From: Candidatus Aenigmatarchaeota archaeon
GTDB taxonomy: Archaea; Aenigmatarchaeota; Aenigmatarchaeia; CG10238-14; SpSt-28
Direction: 5' to 3'
NCBI GenBank assembly: GCA_018920305.1
Contig: JAHLMO010000001.1
Location: forward strand, 11,473-75,472
DNA: 64,000 bases
This document shows positions 57,545 through 64,000 of this stretch, in pieces. The notes below the pieces were generated by a model that saw only the letters and a list, made by a program, of their open reading frames with translations, was not told the DNA's origin and did no database searches. How positions within the stretch are numbered: position 1 is the stretch's first letter; every line of letters begins with the position of its first letter. A program made the position numbers and the translations under genes.

Positions 57545-58360
57545 TTAATCTTTATTAGCCCTTCTAGATAATTTAGACAGCTCTTCTTCTATTATTTTTC
57601 TAGAATTTTCTATAAGATTTTCAGAAATATCATATACATAATTTTTTTTAATTAATTTACAAATTTTTTCGCTAATTTTTTCATCTATAACTAGCTTAGG
57701 AAAGTTTTTAAAATCTTTAACAGTTAAAATTGGTTTATTTAATAAAGCCGCATAAAGCAATTCTCTATAAAACTTATTTTTAGAAAAGTCAATAACAATA
57801 TCAACATATTTTAATAACTTTATTAATTCTTTTTTTTCCAATTTTCTTTTTAAGAAATAAATTCCTTTGGAATTTGATGTATTTAAATCTAAAATTCCAT
57901 AAATATAAATTTCAAATTCTTTCGATAAAAGTGTTATTACTCCAACAACCTCTAAAGAAATTTTGTCACATAAAATCAATACAACTTTTCTATTTTTATT
58001 TTCAAAAATTTTTTCTATTTTAACTCTAGGAATATTATTGTTGATGACATATGGAAAGTAGATAACATTATCAAAGAAGCTTCTTTCAATCCTATAAACA
58101 TACATCTTCTCTCTATCGATTAAACTTAGTTCATCAATTTTGTTTATAACTTTTTCTAAATCTAATTTTAAATCAGAAAGATTTAAAATAAAATCTAATT
58201 CTTTATAATACTTTTCTAATTCACTGAACGGCAATAAAAAAATATTGTAATATCTTCTTCTCTCTTCTGAATCAAAAAGAAAATAGTAAAATTCGAAATT
58301 TAAAAATTTTAAAGCTTCAATTAAATCTATATCGTATTCATCTATTATTCCTATCTTCAT
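57545..58360 (-). CDS. Reduced GT-B-fold glycosyltransferase-like protein, paralog A2
   Basis: The C-terminal GT-B Rossmann pattern is IYFLKRKLEKKELIKLLKYVDIVIDFSKNKFYRELLYAALLNKPILTV (cf. F.G.L..EEL..LY..ADVFV.PS..E.FG...LEAMA.G.PVI). It shares blocks with 58987-59838 (MKIG..., NxIYFPYxI). Confidence 0.45.
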   Translation of the reverse strand: MKIGIIDEYDIDLIEALKFLNFEFYYFLFDSEERRRYYNIFLLPFSELEKYYKELDFILNLSDLKLDLEKVINKIDELSLIDREKMYVYRIERSFFDNVIYFPYVINNNIPRVKIEKIFENKNRKVVLILCDKISLEVVGVITLLSKEFEIYIYGILDLNTSNSKGIYFLKRKLEKKELIKLLKYVDIVIDFSKNKFYRELLYAALLNKPILTVKDFKNFPKLVIDEKISEKICKLIKKNYVYDISENLIENSRKIIEEELSKLSRRANKD

Positions 58361-58369
58361 AAATTAAAA

Positions 58370-58639
58370 TCATTCCCAAGAAATAAAACCTAACTCTGTA
58401 AGTTCCTTAAAAATTTCATCCAAAACTTTTTTAATCATTTCCTTATCCATTTGAGTTTTTTCGGATAGAAGTTCTAATATTTCTTCATACTTTTTTTTAC
58501 CATCACAATATTTTAATAGACCGACAGCAATAGGATCTATTTGATATAACTTTTCTTTATCAATAGTAACATAGTAAGTATTTAAATAATTAATTATAGT
58601 AAGATTTTCATTTTTTTTAGGCCTTTTTCCTTCAAACAT
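58370..58639 (-). CDS. PqqD-family / RiPP-recognition-element-like small protein of 89 aa
   Basis: LTIINYLNTYYVTIDKEKLYQIDPIAVGLLKYCDGKKKYEEILELLSEKTQMDKEMIKKVLDEIFKELTELGFI matches the PqqD consensus skeleton (L.N.T...W.L.DG.....EI...L...Y.VD.E....DV..FL..L...GLI). Confidence 0.5.
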   Translation of the reverse strand: MFEGKRPKKNENLTIINYLNTYYVTIDKEKLYQIDPIAVGLLKYCDGKKKYEEILELLSEKTQMDKEMIKKVLDEIFKELTELGFISWE

Positions 58640-58640
58640 T

Positions 58641-58922
58641 TCACTTTCCTAATCTTTTTCTTAACTCTTCTAATATCTCTTCATCTGTAACTTTTTGTGC
58701 AAATTTCTGCTTTAAATAACATAATTTTGCCTTCCCTACTTTTCTTTGATATATTATTTCTGCTCCTAATAATTCGTGTAAATATTTTGCTACAGTTATT
58801 CTGCTATATCCTAGCTTATCTGAAATTTGCTGTATTGTTAAACCTTCTGGATGTTTTCTTAACAAATCTATTATTAATTTTCTAGCATCTTCTTTTTTCT
58901 TTTTTTCCTCTTTTTCTTCCAT
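58641..58922 (-). CDS. Winged-helix transcriptional regulator
   Basis: The HTH is LTIQQISDKLGYSRITVAKYLHELLGAEIIYQRKVGKAKLCY. The N-terminus is a basic K/E stretch, and the stop is 1 nt from the PqqD-like start. Confidence 0.65.
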   Translation of the reverse strand: MEEKEEKKKKEDARKLIIDLLRKHPEGLTIQQISDKLGYSRITVAKYLHELLGAEIIYQRKVGKAKLCYLKQKFAQKVTDEEILEELRKRLGK

Positions 58923-58986
58923 AATATTAAGATAATAAAAAATATTTATATTTATTGTTTAACTTATTTGTTAACTAATTATTTTA

Positions 58987-59838
58987 TTAAATTCTTAATT
59001 TTATTTCTATTAATTCTCTTAACTCCTTTTCAAAAATTTTTGCAGAATTTCTATAATCGTATTCTTTTGCAATTAACTGATTTGCTTCATATTCTTCAAA
59101 GTTCAATAATCTCTGAATTTTAGCTAAAAAGTTTCCAAAATTTATATTTGGAGTACCTAAAAAACCATCATTAGTAATAACTATTTTTTTCATAGCCATT
59201 GCTTCTAATACTTCTTTCTTTTTATTTTCAATTGCAATTATTAAATTACTATTCAAATATAATTCTGCTCTCTCCTTTTTACTTAACTCTCTACTAATGA
59301 AAGTAATAAACGGATAAACTTTATCTGAAGTTGCTTGATACACGATAAAATTTAAATTTTTAATTAATTTTTTCAATTCTAAGATTTTTTCCAAGAATGA
59401 AACCAAGCCAGTATCAAAAGAATTCGCTAATATCGTAATTCTATTAATCTTATCAAATTTTTTAAATTTAGATTTAAAGTTACTGAAAAATTCAAAATCA
59501 ATAAAATATGGAAAATAAATACAATTTTCTACTTTTTTATTTCTAATCGCATAAAATTCGTAATCAAAAACGTATCTTTCTAATTCATTTTCCACAATTT
59601 TTACATTAACAGCATAATTGCTCTTAAAATTTATATTTTTATCTATAAAAAGGATTTTAACGTCTTCTTGTCTAATTGCGCTTTCAAAATTTAAGGTTTT
59701 TATTATTTTTATATTGTTTTCTGAAAAATATTCTCCAGATTCTTTACTTTTTTCAAATATTATGATTTCATATTTAATTAGACTTAAAAATTTTATTATG
59801 TCTTCATCTACTTTATCTAAAAGAAATCCTATTTTCAT
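58987..59838 (-). CDS. Reduced GT-B-fold glycosyltransferase-like protein, paralog A1
   Basis: The GT-B C-domain block ...ERAELYLNSNLIIAIENKKKEVLEAMAMKKIVITND contains the EAMA motif. It aligns with paralog A2 from the internal Met MKIGFLL..., so the start was set there (the track ORF extends to 59892). Confidence 0.45.
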   Translation of the reverse strand: MKIGFLLDKVDEDIIKFLSLIKYEIIIFEKSKESGEYFSENNIKIIKTLNFESAIRQEDVKILFIDKNINFKSNYAVNVKIVENELERYVFDYEFYAIRNKKVENCIYFPYFIDFEFFSNFKSKFKKFDKINRITILANSFDTGLVSFLEKILELKKLIKNLNFIVYQATSDKVYPFITFISRELSKKERAELYLNSNLIIAIENKKKEVLEAMAMKKIVITNDGFLGTPNINFGNFLAKIQRLLNFEEYEANQLIAKEYDYRNSAKIFEKELRELIEIKLRI

Positions 59839-60304
59839 AAAAATTAAATTGCTAACATCAATAATACTCTTAGTACTGATTTCTATTCTCACTTTTTTTA
59901 TAAAAGATAAATATTTATATGACGAATTAGATTACGAAATAAGATATGTTGCCTATGTTATAGATGGTGATACTTTTGTCGATAAGAATGGAGAAAGAGT
60001 AAGATTAATTGGAATTAACGCTCCTGAAATTGGTGAAAGATGTTATGAAGAAGCTAAAGCAAGATTAAAGGAGTTGATAGAAAAAAAGTATGTTAAATTG
60101 GTCTATGATGTTAAAAGGAAGGATAGATATAATAGAACTCTTGCATATGTTTTTGTTAACGATTTAAACGTTAATCTAATAATGATTAAAGAAGGTTATG
60201 CAGTTGTTTATCCAGATAGATTAAATACAAGGTTTTTAAATGAATTTTATTCTGCAGAAAAATATGCAAGAGAAAATAAAATTGGTTGTTTATGGAAAGA
60301 TTAA
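59798..60304 (+). CDS. Membrane-anchored staphylococcal-nuclease (SNase/thermonuclease) homolog
   Basis: The N-terminal TM anchor is LLTSIILLVLISILTFF. The SNase motifs are YVIDGDTF, RLIGINAPE and DRYNRTLAYVFV. The start is uncertain: ATG at 59798, or more likely TTG at 59851. Confidence 0.7.
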   Translation: MSSSTLSKRNPIFIKIKLLTSIILLVLISILTFFIKDKYLYDELDYEIRYVAYVIDGDTFVDKNGERVRLIGINAPEIGERCYEEAKARLKELIEKKYVKLVYDVKRKDRYNRTLAYVFVNDLNVNLIMIKEGYAVVYPDRLNTRFLNEFYSAEKYARENKIGCLWKD

Positions 60305-61386
60305 TCCAAAAAGTCTTCATTTTTAATCTTTTCTGGTAAATAAGTTTCTGTAACAAATTTTAGACCTCTACCAGCTAATGATTCTAATTCTGCTTTATAC
60401 TTCTTTTCTATAAACTTATTAATTTCTCTCTGCCAATGTTTTTTCTTAAACCACTCGTAATTCAATAATTCATATGCTCTTTTTATGTCAACATCTTTAG
60501 CTTTTATTGTCCAATTTTTTAATTTATAAGTCTCTATGTCTGTCATCGTTAAGCCTATAAATTTTGCATCCTTAGTTCCTAATCTATCTGAAATATGAGC
60601 TAAATTTATAGAGCCATATTTTATTACAGAATATATATAGAATCCATAAGGATCAGAGTCAGTAAAAACATATACAGGTAAATTAAACTCTTGATTTAAT
60701 CTTTGAATCAATCTTCTTGCTCCTCTAGGAGCTTGGCCCTGAGTTGTTAATAATATACACTTATGTTTTTTCCAAAATTTATCTTCATGTAATCTTTCCC
60801 ATGCGGCATTTTTCTCAACTACTAAAACAAACTCTGCTTCTACTTTTTTAAACTCTATTGCTTCTACATTGCTAGGTATTGCCCATCCACCGCTACCTAA
60901 TTTACTCCAATCTATTACATCTCCCCTATCCTCTATAATTACGTCGCCAACTACTCTTCCTTTTGTATCTGCATTTAAATGAAGTTGCTCTCTTAATACA
61001 TCTAAAGTAACTTCTAGATCAACTATACAACTATCACTTTCATCCTGCTCATCAAAAGTATTTTCATTGCTATTTGGTAAAGTTCTTTTCATCGCATAAA
61101 AGGCTTCTCTTAAGCTCGCATGTATATTTTCTTTTAATAATTCTTTTGCAAAACTAGCAACTAGTAAAGTTTGCATGAACTTCTTAGCTTTATGTAAATT
61201 GAAAAAATCTCTTTCAATTTTTTTATCTCCTAATCTTAAGATAAATTCTTTCTTATCAAATATTACATTTTTTAAACTTCTTGCAGGAATGAGCATCCTT
61301 GGATTTTCTCCTCTATTTATTTGTTCAAATAAATCTTTTCCTAAAATTTCCAATTTTTCTATTACTCTTTTAATATATTCTGCCAT
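60301..61386 (-). CDS. top6A: DNA topoisomerase VI subunit A (Spo11-like)
   Basis: The catalytic-Tyr region is SLREAFYAMKR and the Toprim acidic motif is VYVFTDSDPYGFYI. Confidence 0.9.
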   Translation of the reverse strand: MAEYIKRVIEKLEILGKDLFEQINRGENPRMLIPARSLKNVIFDKKEFILRLGDKKIERDFFNLHKAKKFMQTLLVASFAKELLKENIHASLREAFYAMKRTLPNSNENTFDEQDESDSCIVDLEVTLDVLREQLHLNADTKGRVVGDVIIEDRGDVIDWSKLGSGGWAIPSNVEAIEFKKVEAEFVLVVEKNAAWERLHEDKFWKKHKCILLTTQGQAPRGARRLIQRLNQEFNLPVYVFTDSDPYGFYIYSVIKYGSINLAHISDRLGTKDAKFIGLTMTDIETYKLKNWTIKAKDVDIKRAYELLNYEWFKKKHWQREINKFIEKKYKAELESLAGRGLKFVTETYLPEKIKNEDFLD

Positions 61387-61392
61387 AATTAA

Positions 61393-63141
61393 TTAAACTT
61401 CAATTTCTATTTCTGGCAATTTTTTGTTTGCAATTTCTTCTAACTTTTTTCTTATTTCATTCTCATCATAATTTGATAAAATAGAAATACTCCTAGCAAC
61501 TTCTGGTAGATATCTCTCAAAAATATTTCTTTTAGCTTTTATTAACTCTGCTTTTCTTTTCTTATAAATATATAGATAAACTTTTCTTAAAGCTTCTTGA
61601 ACTGACAATTCTAACTCTTTAATAATTTCTGGATATTCTGCAATCGCTTGTTTTCCTTCGCTTTTATATGGAATCCAAACAGAAATGAAATCTACTAATA
61701 TTAACATGTTATCTGCCGGCAGATTAGAATTTCCAGATTGAATTCCATAGTGACTCCAATTTATTGACATTAATACTTTTGTTATTGCGCAGTCTCTAGC
61801 ATTATAAAGTAAAGGAGTATGATTTGCAAATCTCAAAATTATTGATTGAGAAGGTATTTCTTCCTCTTCCATTTTCTTTAATTCCTTTAATCCATAAGCT
61901 ATAGCTACTTGAACTTGAAATGGAAAACCTCTATAAACTTTTGGTTTTCTCGTTATAGCTACATAATATTCAGCTGGATATAATTTTTTAAGAGCGTCTA
62001 TTAAATATTTATTATCTATAGGACTTAAACAATCCGTCGGTGGAGCTCTAATTTTTACTTTTTGAAGTGTATTAAATATTTTTTCTGCCTCTTGTAATGA
62101 AATTTCTTTCGGATCCTTAAACATATATTGCAGTATCTTATATGATAAAAATAATTTTCTTAATTCTTGCTCATTTAATTCTATAATTTTTTTGTTTTCA
62201 TCTAAGCCAGTTTCTTCTAGCGTCTTTTTTATTATATAATCTTGCTTAAATTCTTTTTTTAAGAAATCAAAAACTTTTAATTCTTTGTCTTTAATCTCTA
62301 TTTCTTCCGCTCTTAAACTTAATTTTAGAACTCTTATTACAGTTATTAAACTTATTCTAGAAAACTCTCCAACTAAAAAATCTAATAGCGTTTTTTTATC
62401 TGTTATTTCTAACATTCTTTTAAATATTCCCAACTCAATTCCATATGGATGCGGTTTAATTTCTTTAGGTTGTTTTGGTAATTTATTAGTTACTCTATCT
62501 AAAATTATTTTTTCTCCATCTTTTTCGAAAACAATTTTTGTAAATGGATTAACTAACCAAATTAATTTTAAATATTCTTCTATTTTACTAGTATATTTTC
62601 CTTCAACCTCTATTTCAATATCCAATCCATGCCAATTATCCTTGTTTTCTTCCTCACTATATTTTATAACTTTTGGTTCGTTTTTAATTACATCTATCAT
62701 TAACTCGAAATAATATATTTTCTTTGAGTTTATAGTCGCTGTATATATTTTAGCTGGCTTTGAAGTTGTTAGCTGAGAATAAAGTATGGCACCTTTTGCT
62801 CCTATTCCTTGAGTTCCTATAGATTGTCTTAATCTATAAAATTTGCTTCCAACTAAAAATTTTCCCAGTGCTATTGGTAACTTTTTTGGATTAATTCCAG
62901 GGCCGTTATCTATTACTCTAACTCTATATCTATTTTCATCTAATTTTCTTAATTTTACTTCTATCGTTGGTAAAATGTTTGCTTCAATACAAGCGTCTAT
63001 AGAATTATCTACAAATTCTTTTATTACAGTAAACAAAGATTTAGAAGGATTTTCATATCCCAAGAGATGTCTATTTTTTTCAAAAAATTCTGCAATACTT
63101 ACTTCTTTTATTTTCTCAGATATATCTAAACTTTGAGTCAT
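61393..63141 (-). CDS. top6B: DNA topoisomerase VI subunit B (GHKL ATPase)
   Basis: The Bergerat-fold N-box is EFVDNSIDA and the G-boxes are DNGPGI and GTQGIGAKGAILYS. The transducer domain is present. Confidence 0.9.
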   Translation of the reverse strand: MTQSLDISEKIKEVSIAEFFEKNRHLLGYENPSKSLFTVIKEFVDNSIDACIEANILPTIEVKLRKLDENRYRVRVIDNGPGINPKKLPIALGKFLVGSKFYRLRQSIGTQGIGAKGAILYSQLTTSKPAKIYTATINSKKIYYFELMIDVIKNEPKVIKYSEEENKDNWHGLDIEIEVEGKYTSKIEEYLKLIWLVNPFTKIVFEKDGEKIILDRVTNKLPKQPKEIKPHPYGIELGIFKRMLEITDKKTLLDFLVGEFSRISLITVIRVLKLSLRAEEIEIKDKELKVFDFLKKEFKQDYIIKKTLEETGLDENKKIIELNEQELRKLFLSYKILQYMFKDPKEISLQEAEKIFNTLQKVKIRAPPTDCLSPIDNKYLIDALKKLYPAEYYVAITRKPKVYRGFPFQVQVAIAYGLKELKKMEEEEIPSQSIILRFANHTPLLYNARDCAITKVLMSINWSHYGIQSGNSNLPADNMLILVDFISVWIPYKSEGKQAIAEYPEIIKELELSVQEALRKVYLYIYKKRKAELIKAKRNIFERYLPEVARSISILSNYDENEIRKKLEEIANKKLPEIEIEV

Positions 63142-63169
63142 ATATATTATAAGTAAACAATATTATTAT

Positions 63170-63616
63170 TTATTGTTGATCTTGTTTTGATAAATCTTTT
63201 TGATAAGGTAAAGGAATAATAATTTTTCCACCAATTTTTGAAATTCTATGTATTAAGTCTGCGAAAGTATTTATAATAGTCTGAACTGTTATTAAATCAA
63301 AACTAAATTTTTCTGGCTTAATTATTATTACACTACTCGGTGCATACACTATTGTAGCGAAAATCAAAGCATATATATTTTTTGCTAATATCTTTGTTTT
63401 TACCACACTAGAATAACTTTTTTCAAGATCTTTTATTTCTTTAGCTTCTAAATATTCTTCATCTATCACTATAATTTCATCAAATTCCTTTAATTTTTTA
63501 ATATGCTCTTTTAGTGCATCTTCAGCAATTTTCTTTTCTAGAGCGACAGTTTCAAACCACATTTCTGCTAAGATATAACCTTCTTTAATTTTATTTTCTA
63601 TTTCTCTCGTATCCAT
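63170..63616 (-). CDS. Hypothetical protein of 148 aa
   Basis: An ORF downstream of top6B with no recognisable motif. Confidence 0.4.
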   Translation of the reverse strand: MDTREIENKIKEGYILAEMWFETVALEKKIAEDALKEHIKKLKEFDEIIVIDEEYLEAKEIKDLEKSYSSVVKTKILAKNIYALIFATIVYAPSSVIIIKPEKFSFDLITVQTIINTFADLIHRISKIGGKIIIPLPYQKDLSKQDQQ

Positions 63617-63635
63617 ATTATACTAAAATCCAACT

Positions 63636-63953
63636 CTATAATATTAATTCAACTTTTGCTAAACAATTTGGACATCTGTATGAAGAATTTAAATTTATCG
63701 TTTTGTTCTCCCTATCAATTATAATACTTTTACAATTATAACACAAAACATTTCTTTCATCATTTATATAGACAAATCTTAGACCTGTTCTTTCTGCCAA
63801 ATCTTTTAATTCTAATAGTTCGTATATATTTTCATTATTTGGATAATGAATGTGAAACGGAATGGAAGAAGAAAGATCATTAATTATAAGCTCGCTAAAT
63901 TCTACTAACTTTTCTTTCTTATATTCTTCATTAATTATGTTTAATATTTCCAT
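63636..63953 (-). CDS. Hypothetical protein with a C-terminal zinc ribbon, 105 aa
   Basis: The ribbon is CYNCKSIII...YRCPNC (CxxC...CxxC). Confidence 0.4.
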   Translation of the reverse strand: MEILNIINEEYKKEKLVEFSELIINDLSSSIPFHIHYPNNENIYELLELKDLAERTGLRFVYINDERNVLCYNCKSIIIDRENKTINLNSSYRCPNCLAKVELIL

Positions 63954-64000
63954 ATGAAGTTTCTGTCTATAAAGATATAAGATTGTTTTTTTTAAGGTTT

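Noticed and set aside
62285-63136. Two plus-strand ORFs of 142 and 97 aa inside top6B
   Set aside because: They are antisense artefacts.
1-64000. CRISPR arrays, IS elements, integrases and other prophage hallmarks
   Set aside because: No regularly spaced direct repeats were seen. No transposase, integrase or recombinase-like translations appear in any frame. The only repeats are intragenic (cdc48 and the surface protein).

Overview
This 64 kb window looks like a gene-dense stretch of a very AT-rich (roughly 25% GC) archaeal chromosome, probably from a small reduced genome such as a DPANN-like archaeon. The archaeal assignment rests on intron-containing tRNAs, TFB, TFS, RpoD, PCNA, both RFC subunits, family-B DNA polymerase, Topo VI A/B, aIF1A, aIF2-beta, eS8, eS26, eL19, PTH2, an archaeal-type MetAP and a FlaI/FlaJ pilus system.

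No rRNA genes, CRISPR arrays, transposases or integrases were found. Three tRNAs are present: Leu-CAA and Ala-CGC, each with an anticodon-loop intron, and Pro-TGG. Almost all other sequence is coding, with short intergenic spacers and many start/stop overlaps.

The window is enriched for replication and repair genes: class II RNR, a split Hef, RFC small and large subunits, PCNA, PolB, Topo IA, Topo VI, NurA-HerA and an RPA32-like protein. It is also rich in translation and ribosome-biogenesis genes (MetRS, ProRS, uS5, uL18, eL19, uS10, eS8, eS26, RIO kinase, aIF1A, Taw3, Dph6-like) and carries a type IV pilus locus.

The features that stand out most are:
- A five-gene minus-strand operon (56748-59892) with a PqqD/RRE-like small protein, two paralogous reduced GT-B-like proteins, a wHTH regulator and a MinD/ParA ATPase. 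I do not recognise this arrangement as a described archaeal system.
- A roughly 1040-aa secreted protein (48903-52013) containing a near-identical 1.14 kb tandem intragenic duplication.
- Stretches of 100% nucleotide identity between the D1 and D2 AAA domains of CDC48.
- Split genes: Hef as helicase plus nuclease, and an NrdJa/NrdJb-like RNR.
- An apparently circularly permuted GT4-like ORF.
- A 729-aa protein of unknown family.
- TFB with a Lys/Glu-rich C-terminal tail.

All calls come from reading the translations and the nucleotide sequence by eye. No database searches were run.
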